Source: Candidatus Adlerbacteria bacterium (GTDB taxonomy: Bacteria > Patescibacteriota > Minisyncoccia > Phycocordibacterales > SBAW01). From it: a DNA stretch of 64,000 nucleotides. Positions 1 through 8,088 of this stretch are shown piece by piece. How positions within the stretch are numbered: the first letter of the stretch is position 1; every line of letters begins with the position of its first letter. The position numbers and the translations under genes are program-made. The notes beneath the pieces are model-generated. The model saw only the letters and a list, made by a program, of their open reading frames with translations. It ran no database searches and was not told the DNA's origin. Location of the stretch: positions 77,621-141,620 of the forward strand of contig JARIGK010000004.1 in assembly GCA_029288895.1 (NCBI GenBank), given 5' to 3'.

Positions 1-587
1 CATACGCAGAATATTCAATCGCTGGCAATTATTATGCAGGACTTCTCCTCAGTAGCCGTATAACTACTGACCAAACGCCTGAAGCGATTGCCACCTTAAT
101 GCAAAAATATGTTGCAGAAGGCGATACGCGTAATGATGCATATTTCTACTCCGCAGATACTATAATTATTGATGGTCTGTACCGTGCTCGAGCTATGGCA
201 TTGAGTAGTCGGATTTTGAAGAATAAGACCCCTTCTGACATTGAGCCGTACTTCAAAGCGGTTCAGACCACCATCGATCAATTCAAAGCTAAAGGTCAGG
301 ATATGAACCTGCCTGCAGTTGAAGCTGCCGTATTGAGATGGAGGTTTGCCTATGCTGATTTCCTACTAACCAATTTCGGAAACACACGAAACTCCTCTAT
401 TGTGACGCTTCTCGCCCCGTTTGGGTCTGCGGACGCCACTTCACCGGAAATAATAGGTCGACTAGAATCAATTGCTCTTATACCAACATTGAGCGCAAAC
501 GATCCGACCGTAGTAAAGGCAAAGAATTTGGCCGCAATCTCGCCTGAATTCAAAGCATTCTTGGTAGCAGAGGGAGTGAAATTCTAA
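1..587 (+). CDS. Hypothetical protein, 5'-truncated by window edge
   Basis: Frame of ORF 99..587 stays open back to position 3; no recognisable motif. Confidence 0.6.
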   Translation, partial: YAEYSIAGNYYAGLLLSSRITTDQTPEAIATLMQKYVAEGDTRNDAYFYSADTIIIDGLYRARAMALSSRILKNKTPSDIEPYFKAVQTTIDQFKAKGQDMNLPAVEAAVLRWRFAYADFLLTNFGNTRNSSIVTLLAPFGSADATSPEIIGRLESIALIPTLSANDPTVVKAKNLAAISPEFKAFLVAEGVKF

Positions 588-616
588 ATAGAATAGATGG
601 ATGGTACAGTTGGGTC

Positions 617-1294
617 ATGTTTGTCGACCAACTAGATACGCTTTTTGGATTTTATAGATCGTTTAAGCAAATCCAGGGTGGTGTTGATGTGGCTCCTCTG
701 CAACAAGAACTTTTTGATGAGGAAGGGAAATTAAAGTTTGCCACGCAGTCGCGTTGGCCTCATCACGAAGCAGGGCATATACAGCTGCGCTCTATGGTGC
801 CGGTGCCGCACGGTTCGAAATTGTATTACGGGACGGTGACGGAAAGTATGGATACCCAGCTCTATCCACACTACCCATGCATCCGTGCGTGGGTCGAAGA
901 ATTTGCCGCAACGCATAATGCTCGCCTCGAACGCGTGCTCATTGCTGCCTTACCTGCACGTGCACGAATACATGCACATGCCGACCGTGGGTTTTACCAC
1001 GCACCGCGCGACCGCTACCACTTGGTATTACAAAGCGATGGAAGTTATATGAAAAGCGCAGGGCAGGATGTCTTTATGAAAGAGGGCGACGTGTGGTGGC
1101 TCAACAACAAAGCGCGCCACGAGTCGTGGAATGATTCTGGCCACGCTCGCATACATCTTATTTTTGACCTCTATCCGAACAGTCTTTGGAAAAGAGTAGC
1201 TAACTATATATATTGGGTCTATCTAGGTCTCCGGCCTAATAGACTAAGCGTATATTACATAAATTGGCCCCGCACAAAACAGACGTCGAGCTAA
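617..1294 (+). CDS. Aspartyl/asparaginyl beta-hydroxylase-family Fe(II)/2OG oxygenase
   Basis: HAD (HxD) motif, RYHLVL, WWLNNKARHESWN...RIHLIFD typical of AspH-like cupin; TGGTACAGT -10-like box just upstream. Confidence 0.75.
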   Translation: MFVDQLDTLFGFYRSFKQIQGGVDVAPLQQELFDEEGKLKFATQSRWPHHEAGHIQLRSMVPVPHGSKLYYGTVTESMDTQLYPHYPCIRAWVEEFAATHNARLERVLIAALPARARIHAHADRGFYHAPRDRYHLVLQSDGSYMKSAGQDVFMKEGDVWWLNNKARHESWNDSGHARIHLIFDLYPNSLWKRVANYIYWVYLGLRPNRLSVYYINWPRTKQTSS

Positions 1295-2692
1295 CTAAAG
1301 AATCTTTTTCCCGGGGCGCAGAGGGATGAACTCGATAGCCGGTGCCACATAGTCAAGAATCCATTGGAATTCATTTTCTATTGCTTCGGCAGTGTGCGCA
1401 TATTCAATGGCGCTGTCCCATATGGAGAAGTTGTCCATACCAATGAGTCCGACGCGTTTGGTGCCCATCATGACCGCTATACGGGCCGCCTGAGCAGGGG
1501 AAAGCGATGAATGCTCCCAAATACTACGATCCATACCTTCGCCCGAGCGCGAAAGATGGTTTGCTGCAGAAATAAAGAGCATGTCCGGGTTCATACCCTG
1601 GACAACATCCCACATCGGATGAAGGTTCAAAAGGTTTTTATCAGTATTGGCACACGCATCGGTGATGTGTACAAAATGATGTTCTGGAGTTTTTACCTCA
1701 AACCCAAGGTGGCCTCGTTGGGGATTGGTAAAAGCACGGATGGTGAGATCGGGGAATGAATATTCGCGGGCTTCGTTACTTGCCTCAAATGTTATTTTTT
1801 CGTACAGATCTCCCAGTGCTGCTCGCAACCATGCATGATCATCTTCGGAGAGTGCAGGGCAGATAACTCGGATTGGTTTCAATCCGGCAAATTTGCGTAT
1901 CGAGCCAAGCGGCGCATGATGGGTATGGAAGTGCGAAAGAAGAATAATGTCTGGTGTTAAATCGATCCCTTTAAACACGGGTCGAGGAATCAAAAAATCT
2001 ATCGTACGCTGGAATGGCTGCAAGCCGCGCAGTACGGGGTTTTGGAACGTAGAAGAGTAAAGCCATGGGTCGACAACAAGCGAGCCATGTTCCGATTTGA
2101 GCCATACGCCTGCATGGCCAATAAAACGCAAACCAGGAGAAAATTCTTCCGTTGGATGAGTGCCTCGGTCAAGCTTTTTTAGAACATCCTGTGCTGCAGG
2201 GGATAGAAGTTGCATATACGGAACGTAGTGGTTTATTTCGAGCATCGTATCCTCATACATGGTGCCTGAAAGATGGTCTAGCGCGTTTGCAAGGAGCATA
2301 TGCAATAAACCGGACATTTCTTCCTGTGTCAGCACGATGGGGGCGTGGGTATCTTTATGGAGAGCTGTATATTCCCCCGGATTTGTTTTTGATGAAAAAG
2401 ATACCCGATCAATGACGGAAAATAGAGAAACTAAATGCAGTGCCTCGTCGCCGATAAGAAGCTGAACATGCTCCAAATCGTTTTTGTCTAGAATTTTTTC
2501 TGTAAAGTGTGACGTCCCGAATGCAGAATGGAAGAGCCCAGCTAACTGCACTGTTTCCGGCACTCTCCATGATGCAAGCGTTTCCTCTACTCGAGACAGG
2601 TGGTCAAAGAGAGTTCCGCCGCGCACATGCCGTATTTTATTAGCACCTTTGGAGTTTAAAAACGCTTTGGCAGTGAGGGTGGTAAGCGACAT
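1295..2692 (-). CDS. HD-like (DUF6817-type) N-terminal domain fused to metallo-beta-lactamase-fold domain
   Basis: N-term H..GTLFDHL...LAGLFHSAFGT; C-term FIGHAGV..VVDPW..LLSHFHTHH MBL-like motif. Confidence 0.65.
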   Translation of the reverse strand: MSLTTLTAKAFLNSKGANKIRHVRGGTLFDHLSRVEETLASWRVPETVQLAGLFHSAFGTSHFTEKILDKNDLEHVQLLIGDEALHLVSLFSVIDRVSFSSKTNPGEYTALHKDTHAPIVLTQEEMSGLLHMLLANALDHLSGTMYEDTMLEINHYVPYMQLLSPAAQDVLKKLDRGTHPTEEFSPGLRFIGHAGVWLKSEHGSLVVDPWLYSSTFQNPVLRGLQPFQRTIDFLIPRPVFKGIDLTPDIILLSHFHTHHAPLGSIRKFAGLKPIRVICPALSEDDHAWLRAALGDLYEKITFEASNEAREYSFPDLTIRAFTNPQRGHLGFEVKTPEHHFVHITDACANTDKNLLNLHPMWDVVQGMNPDMLFISAANHLSRSGEGMDRSIWEHSSLSPAQAARIAVMMGTKRVGLIGMDNFSIWDSAIEYAHTAEAIENEFQWILDYVAPAIEFIPLRPGKKIL

Positions 2693-2750
2693 ACGCTTAG
2701 TCTACCAAGTGCCTCAGCCAAAAACAAAAACAACCCTTTTCACCCGCCAT

Positions 2751-2779
2751 TTGACATCCGCCCCTATATTCACTAGGTT
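2751..2779 (+). promoter_or_regulatory. Sigma70-like promoter TTGACA-N17-TAGGTT
   Basis: Consensus -35 with 17-nt spacer upstream of ORF 2820. Confidence 0.5.
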
Positions 2780-2819
2780 CTGTACAGAGCAGGGGTCTCT
2801 CACAGGAGGAACAAATCCA

Positions 2820-3275
2820 ATGGCGTATATGAAACGGGCTGCTTTGGCCCTGGTTGCAGCGCTTTCGCTGCTGGTCTGTGCCCACGAGGTATCGGCACAG
2901 GCGAATGCGTCGCTCGAGCAGAAGCTGCTTGGGAAGGCGTGGGTGGGTGCCGTGGATACGCGCCGGGCCAAGTGCACGACATGTCCTCCCAAGGCGGGCA
3001 TGGAAATTGTCTTCAAGAAGACAAGCGCGGGCCTGGTGGCGGACATCTACTACCAGTCTGGTGGTGAAGCGTACGATCGCGCCAACCGCGGAAAGCGCGG
3101 GGCTCCGCACGATGGCGACATCAAGATCGTCTCTCGCCCCAACGGCACCTTCTATGGCGACAACAGATACCACTGGGAATTTGTTTTGTCGCAAGACGGC
3201 ACGCTCGTGTGCAACCGCACGTTTAAGGCGGATAACGATCCCAACAAGCCGTTCAATTTCCGCCCAGCGAGCTGA
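2820..3275 (+). CDS. Secreted orphan protein
   Basis: AGGAGGA SD, signal peptide MKRAALALVAALSLLVCAHEVSA, own terminator. Confidence 0.7.
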   Translation: MAYMKRAALALVAALSLLVCAHEVSAQANASLEQKLLGKAWVGAVDTRRAKCTTCPPKAGMEIVFKKTSAGLVADIYYQSGGEAYDRANRGKRGAPHDGDIKIVSRPNGTFYGDNRYHWEFVLSQDGTLVCNRTFKADNDPNKPFNFRPAS

Positions 3276-3287
3276 TGCGAAGTACAA

Positions 3288-3321
3288 GCCGCCCCTTTCT
3301 CGGGGGCGGCCTTTTCTTTTT
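3288..3321 (+). terminator. Intrinsic terminator
   Basis: GCCGCCCC/GGGGCGGC stem followed by CTTTTCTTTTT. Confidence 0.8.
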
Positions 3322-3323
3322 AG

Positions 3324-4181
3324 TTAGCTGCGTTTCTTGAGCCGGAATGGGTCGGCGGGGTAGATACCTAAAATTCGTACTTCTTCTGAAAAATACTTCA
3401 AATCGGCAAGCGCATGCTGCATGAGAGGTTCTTCAGGGTGAGCCATGGCTTCCGCGTAAAATTCGGCTGTTTGGAAGTCGCCATTTACGTAGCTTTCAAG
3501 TTTTATAAGGTTAACGCCCGTTGTAGCAAAGCCGCCAAGTGCTTTAAAGAGCGCGCCTGGGGTGTTACGGACCTTAAAAAATAAGCTGGTAATAGTTGGT
3601 TTGCCTTTGTGTGACGCGCGAGGTTGTTTTGCAATCACAATAAAGCGAGTTGTGTTGCCTTTTTGGTCGGCAATATTTTTGGCAAGTATATCCAGGCCGT
3701 AGAGCTTGGCTGCAAGCGGGGAAGCGACCGCTGCTATATGTTTTTCGCCACTTTCTGACAATGCAAGTGCTGCTCCGGCGGTGTCGTCGACCACAACTGG
3801 CTTTATATGATGAGCGCGGAAGTATGCCCGGCACTGTGCGAGTGCGTGCACGTGACTGTGCGCTTCACGAATGTCGGGCAGTTTTGTACCGCGTACGGCT
3901 AGCAAACAGTGCTCGATAGGTTGGAAATGTTCGCCAATAATATGCGTGCCGCTTGTTGGCAAAATGCGATGCACGTCGGCAACGCGACCTGCAATAGAAT
4001 TGTCAATCGGAATAACCGCATATGCTGCTTTGCCATTGCGAACGGCCAAGAAGGCATCTTCAAACATGGCGCACGGGAGAGTTGTGTGGCCAGGGAAGAG
4101 TGCGCGCGCCGCTAAGTCGGAATACGCGCCATGTTCTCCTTGGAAGGCAATCAGGAAAGTCTTTTCTGCCTTTGTAGACAT
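3324..4181 (-). CDS. pheA: Prephenate dehydratase (PDT + ACT)
   Basis: IAFQGEHGAYS, NSIAG, HSHVHALAQC, NTTRF, KLESY motifs; start moved to MSTKAEK. Confidence 0.92.
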   Translation of the reverse strand: MSTKAEKTFLIAFQGEHGAYSDLAARALFPGHTTLPCAMFEDAFLAVRNGKAAYAVIPIDNSIAGRVADVHRILPTSGTHIIGEHFQPIEHCLLAVRGTKLPDIREAHSHVHALAQCRAYFRAHHIKPVVVDDTAGAALALSESGEKHIAAVASPLAAKLYGLDILAKNIADQKGNTTRFIVIAKQPRASHKGKPTITSLFFKVRNTPGALFKALGGFATTGVNLIKLESYVNGDFQTAEFYAEAMAHPEEPLMQHALADLKYFSEEVRILGIYPADPFRLKKRS

Positions 4182-4239
4182 AAAGTACATCAATGGTACG
4201 TGAGTATATGTGTATTTGAAATAGGCCAAATGTGAAAAC

Positions 4240-4267
4240 AAAAAACACCCCATAAGGGGTGTTTTTG
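4240..4267 (-). terminator. Terminator of hup (bidirectional)
   Basis: AAAAACACCCC-ATAA-GGGGTGTTTTT. Confidence 0.75.
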
Positions 4268-4286
4268 CCTAAGCGTATGGGAAATA

Positions 4287-4559
4287 CTACTTAACTGCTT
4301 CTTTCAAAGCTTTTGCCGGCTGGAATTTCGGCACGCGCATCGAAGGGACCTGGACGGTCTCGCCGGTGCGAGGGTTGCGAGCAGTGCGAGCTGCGCGCAT
4401 TTTGACCTTAAAGATACCAAGGCCTGCGATAGAGACGTCATCGTTCTTCTTGAGACCAGAGACGATGGAGTCGATCATCGCTTCGACAGCGCGTTCTGCG
4501 TCGGCTTTAGTGCCGCCGAGAACTCCCTGTACTTTTTCTGCAATATCCTGCTTGTTCAT
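4287..4559 (-). CDS. hup: DNA-binding protein HU
   Basis: MNKQDI...GLGIF...RAARTARNPRTGE...PKFQPAKALKEAV. Confidence 0.97.
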   Translation of the reverse strand: MNKQDIAEKVQGVLGGTKADAERAVEAMIDSIVSGLKKNDDVSIAGLGIFKVKMRAARTARNPRTGETVQVPSMRVPKFQPAKALKEAVK

Positions 4560-4690
4560 AGCTATAAACTAACGAGTAAAAAGGTGTTTGCCCTGCGCCC
4601 CTAGTATAGCTGGTGCAAAAAACCGCGCAACAGAGCCACGGGGATAGAAAAAATTGACAAATAGTATTTTTATTTCAAAAAAGTGCAATA

Positions 4691-4727
4691 AAAAAGCCCC
4701 CGCACATGTTGCGGGGGCTTACTTTTT
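4691..4727 (-). terminator. Terminator of orphan 4741..5262
   Basis: AAGCCCCCGCA/TGCGGGGGCTT stem with A-tract on + strand. Confidence 0.7.
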
Positions 4728-4740
4728 GGCAAGAATTGCC

Positions 4741-5262
4741 CTACGCGGCCATCGGAAGTCCCAGCCGAACCGAGGATTTCTCGAGCCACGACCCAACCAC
4801 GTTATTGATCAGGAACTCCAAGGTCGCACATTCTGCGTCGATCACCCTCGAGCCTTCGTTGGGGTAGTCGAAGATGGCAACGCCGGGGTAGTGTTGGTAG
4901 TTGGGCGCCTCGTCTTTCCCTCCCCAGAACACTTGCGACATCATAATGCACATGGCGCGCATCGTGGGGGAGCTCTTGTGGAGCGAAAAACCGCCTTCCC
5001 GGACAATCGACAGAGCCTGGTAGGGCTTATGAGGATGGCTCCCGAGTTCAGCGAGATTGTTCATCCGGCAGGAGTATTCCATCCCATCCAAACGGCTCAT
5101 AGACGGTGGCTGGAGTGGGATAGCCCTCTTCTTTACTTCCTCGAGATGGAAGTCCTCGGGGAGATACAGGTGCTTCTCCAGTGCTTTGGTGATGTGGAAT
5201 TTGACCACACGGGGGTTAAACCCGCCCGTGTTGTAAAAGATATGAATCTTGTTCGACAACAA
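4741..5262 (-). CDS. Orphan hypothetical protein
   Basis: 173-aa ORF with AGGAGG SD, TGTGTATAAT promoter about 135 nt upstream, own terminator. Confidence 0.6.
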   Translation of the reverse strand: MLSNKIHIFYNTGGFNPRVVKFHITKALEKHLYLPEDFHLEEVKKRAIPLQPPSMSRLDGMEYSCRMNNLAELGSHPHKPYQALSIVREGGFSLHKSSPTMRAMCIMMSQVFWGGKDEAPNYQHYPGVAIFDYPNEGSRVIDAECATLEFLINNVVGSWLEKSSVRLGLPMAA

Positions 5263-5439
5263 TGCCTCCTTACGTGGCGAACTGCCGAAGCGACTCTAGC
5301 AAAGATGAGGTATATACGCAAAACGTCCGCCATCCCTGGCCAGCCAAAGGCCAACCATATGGGACAGAGGACGTCTGCGCGAACGAATCCACACTAATTA
5401 TACACAAAAGCGTGAACAAGTCATGAAGTAGAAAACTTT

Positions 5440-6186
5440 TTACGATTTATTCCACACCATCTCAAAAATTTCTCGCACAGTTTTTGCAACATCAGCGTTT
5501 TCTATCGCAACACCTTGGAGATTTTTATAATCTTGGATGCGTACCACATCGCCCACGACATCAATTGCCACTTCTGATGAGTATTGTTCGTAGGGAACTG
5601 TCTTTACTGTGCGGTTTATGCCTGCGTCCATGTCGCGGTAGTCCTTTAGCGAGTCATGCGCGGGGGCAATAACGCGTTGCTGTATATTGTTTTTCTTGAT
5701 AGACGCCACCCATTCGTTTTTGAAATAGCGAACGAGTTCTGGGTCGGCATTCATATCTGTCGCATAAAACCCAACCAATTCTTTGCCGGCCCCGTCCTTT
5801 AAGCCATATTCGAGCAGCTGCTTTACACCCTCGATGCCTTCGTAATAGAGAGTACTTACTTTTGTTGGCTCGCCGCGGGTAAGCGCAAGCAGTTCGGGTA
5901 GCTTTTCTTTTGCACGGGCAAACTTATCTTCGGCAGATGCAAAGACATCCTGTGGCGAGTGGGGGATATACAACTGTTTTTTAACGCGCGGGACGCGTGA
6001 AGCCAATCCTTTCTCTATAAGCTCGTCCAAAATCACGTAGGTAGTTGGCTTCTTGAGCCCGCTTTTGAGCGCAATCGAATATGCCGAGCCGCGCCCGAGC
6101 TGTAGCAGCGCCAAATACACTGCCGTCTGCTTATCTGTGAGCCCAATAGTCTGCAATGCCTCAGTTAATTTCACATCTATAAGCAT
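5440..6186 (-). CDS. TrmB-family transcriptional regulator
   Basis: GLTDKQTAVYLALL.LG...IA..SGLKKPTTY.IL.EL.EKGL wHTH; YYEGIEG; C-term IEN..VA...IFEMVW. Confidence 0.88.
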   Translation of the reverse strand: MLIDVKLTEALQTIGLTDKQTAVYLALLQLGRGSAYSIALKSGLKKPTTYVILDELIEKGLASRVPRVKKQLYIPHSPQDVFASAEDKFARAKEKLPELLALTRGEPTKVSTLYYEGIEGVKQLLEYGLKDGAGKELVGFYATDMNADPELVRYFKNEWVASIKKNNIQQRVIAPAHDSLKDYRDMDAGINRTVKTVPYEQYSSEVAIDVVGDVVRIQDYKNLQGVAIENADVAKTVREIFEMVWNKS

Positions 6187-6290
6187 AAACCTATAGCTAT
6201 TTTTAGTCAATATTTTTGATGAATTTTGCCTATTTATCTAAAATACGTTGGAATATAGAGCCGTTTTAGATATTTTTATAGCCCTTTAAA

Positions 6291-6318
6291 TTGACTTTTC
6301 TCCCAAAACTGGCATAAT
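6291..6318 (+). promoter_or_regulatory. Sigma70-like promoter TTGACT-N16-CATAAT for orphan ORF array
   Basis: Near-consensus boxes about 40 nt upstream of ATG 6360. Confidence 0.6.
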
Positions 6319-6359
6319 GTATGCAGTTCAACAGTTCATCGAAACATAGGAGATACTCA

Positions 6360-6632
6360 ATGCTCTACATTTGCTGGTACGAGAAAAGTGTTGTTGAGGA
6401 AGTTAAGGAAAAGCCTGCTGAAGCTACGGGACCGGTAAAAGTTGGCGGCCTCACGAGGTGGCCAGAACGGGGTGGTTATGCCGAACACCCAATTCCTAAA
6501 CAGGAGGAATTTGCTTCCTTCGAGGAGGCAGTGGCTTACTTTAAGTCATGGGAAAAGGAGAGGGAGAATTGGAACCGTTCAATCCAAGTCCTTCTAGTCC
6601 CAGCTGACTTCAAGTTTCCTCCGTGGTGGTAG
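6360..6632 (+). CDS. Small orphan protein (array ORF1)
   Basis: AGGAG SD before ATG 6360; 90 aa. Confidence 0.65.
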   Translation: MLYICWYEKSVVEEVKEKPAEATGPVKVGGLTRWPERGGYAEHPIPKQEEFASFEEAVAYFKSWEKERENWNRSIQVLLVPADFKFPPWW

Positions 6633-6718
6633 CCCTTAGCTGAACGGGATGTCTTTAGAGAATTTTACGACGGAGCTAACATGATCTTCTCGTAAAAACC
6701 TACTACATCTCAAAATTT

Positions 6719-6798
6719 AGGAGGTCGAAATTCGTCGACCTCCTCTCTATTGAGTCTTTGAAGAAGTTCGAAGACTCATCGAGAACAGATCTTTAACA
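6719..6798 (+). repeat. Structured intergenic repeat copy 1 (double hairpin + boxA-like tail)
   Basis: AGGAGGTCGA/TCGACCTCCT; TCTC-TAT-TGAGTCTTTGAA-GAAG-TTCGAAGACTCA-TC-GAGA; AGATCTTTAACA. Confidence 0.85.
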
Positions 6799-6822
6799 CA
6801 CCGCCCGAGCGCGGAGCAATAG

Positions 6823-7230
6823 ATGGAGATACAGATGTTCGAAGTTGGAAGCAAGTCTTTCGTCGAGTTCGTCAACGAGCTCAAGGCCGAATATGTTGCT
6901 CGCAAGGCAGCCTATGACGCAACCCCGGAATACAAAAGGTTTGATTGGGATGATAACTATATCGAACCCCCAATCGACCCGAGTACTCTTCCGGAGGAAA
7001 CTCTGAAAGAGAGATACGAGTCTGTGCGCAGCTTTGAAGCCAGTAGGGCCAGAAGCGATGCAGTTCGTGCGGAGCGTGAATTTATCCGCAAAACCTGCTT
7101 CCCGCTTCCAGATTACTGGGAGCACAACTCTTCCTCAGGGAAGAAAAGCGTAACTGTCATGATAGATGGGAGAACGAAAGGGCGAGAAGGCCCCACCACC
7201 TACATGCTCCAAATTGCGCCGCGCACATAG
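6823..7230 (+). CDS. Orphan protein (array ORF2)
   Basis: 135-aa ORF, GGAG SD, flanked by repeat copies 1 and 2. Confidence 0.7.
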   Translation: MEIQMFEVGSKSFVEFVNELKAEYVARKAAYDATPEYKRFDWDDNYIEPPIDPSTLPEETLKERYESVRSFEASRARSDAVRAEREFIRKTCFPLPDYWEHNSSSGKKSVTVMIDGRTKGREGPTTYMLQIAPRT

Positions 7231-7244
7231 GAGGACGTGCGAAT

Positions 7245-7315
7245 AGGAGAAGCCCCAGCTTCTCCTCTCTATTGAGAACTTGAATAGTCGAGTTCTCATT
7301 GAGACTAGATCTTTA
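7245..7315 (+). repeat. Structured intergenic repeat copy 2
   Basis: AGGAGAAGC/GCTTCTCCT; TCTC-TAT-TGAGAACTTGA-ATAG-TCGAGTTCTCA-TT-GAGA; AGATCTTTA. Confidence 0.85.
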
Positions 7316-7329
7316 CATACGAGGCAACA

Positions 7330-7590
7330 ATGCACGTCAATCGCGTAACAATTGAAAGCTTGGAGGGCGTAAGCTCTATCTACAAGCAGCGCCTTATTGC
7401 TGCCGACATTCCTCACGTCAGGCGACTGATTGGATGGTGGGGTTCGGAACATCTGTGCGAGGTGCTTGGAAACAAGCATAAGCAGGCATGTTTCCAACTC
7501 GAGCACGCGCTGAAAAAGCTCGGCTATGAGTTTTGGTTCGAGCCGCATTTGCGCAAAATCGAAAAAGTAGAAGTTGTTACGGGAACGTAA
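7330..7590 (+). CDS. Small orphan protein (array ORF3)
   Basis: 86-aa ORF, GAGG SD; N-term IESLEGVSSIYKQRLIAADI weakly helix-hairpin-helix-like. Confidence 0.65.
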   Translation: MHVNRVTIESLEGVSSIYKQRLIAADIPHVRRLIGWWGSEHLCEVLGNKHKQACFQLEHALKKLGYEFWFEPHLRKIEKVEVVTGT

Positions 7591-7674
7591 CAGCCAACTA
7601 CTAAACGCTGCAACTTCGAGGGTAGCGCCTCGATAGATAGAGAGAAGTCCTTCTCTGTCGAACCTAAAGGCACT

Positions 7675-7738
7675 GGGCGAGTCCACATGGCTCGCCCTCT
7701 CTATTGAGTTCGCGAAATAGTTCGTGAGTTCATTGAGA
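7675..7738 (+). repeat. Structured intergenic repeat copy 3
   Basis: GGGCGAG/CTCGCCC; TCTC-TAT-TGAGTTCGCGAA-ATAG-TTCGTGAGTTCA-TT-GAGA. Confidence 0.85.
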
Positions 7739-7751
7739 AGGAGTAGCAAGG

Positions 7752-8033
7752 ATGGTTTGTAGAAAGTTTGAAGTGTATAAGGAGTTCACACTTGTGATTC
7801 CGGACGCTTCGCCTGGCGAAGAACTGATAGATTGCTACTATGTTCTTGCTAAAAAGCTCTATCATTTTCCAATCGGAAAAGATTACACATCAACGAGTAT
7901 CAGAGAAAATGATGATGTGTATGTCACAATTAAGAAAGGAGAATTGTTAATAAGCACTGGAGAGATAAGCTGGGTTGCGCTTGCAGAGCTGTGCAATTTA
8001 AGAAGGATGGAATGGCTCAACGACGACGAGTGA
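7752..8033 (+). CDS. Small orphan protein (array ORF4)
   Basis: 93-aa ORF, AAGGAG SD, followed by terminator. Confidence 0.65.
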   Translation: MVCRKFEVYKEFTLVIPDASPGEELIDCYYVLAKKLYHFPIGKDYTSTSIRENDDVYVTIKKGELLISTGEISWVALAELCNLRRMEWLNDDE

Positions 8034-8040
8034 TAATACA

Positions 8041-8077
8041 AAACCGCCTCGCAACAACCGAGGCGGTTTCTTTTTTT
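8041..8077. terminator. Bidirectional terminator between array and rny
   Basis: AAACCGCCTCG/CGAGGCGGTTT plus T-tract. Confidence 0.8.
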
Positions 8078-8088
8078 ATGTAATCTTA

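Noticed and set aside
4654-5397. 247-aa plus-strand ORF
   Set aside because: Opposite-strand ORF 4741..5262 has promoter, SD and terminator; this one is its shadow
6796-6807. ACACACCGCCCG identical to a conserved 16S rRNA segment
   Set aside because: Only 12 nt with no flanking rRNA similarity; chance match
6719-7738. CRISPR array or classical integron attC interpretation of the repeats
   Set aside because: Spacing is 430-520 nt with whole ORFs between copies, no cas or intI gene in the window, and no RYYYAAC/GTTRRRY ends
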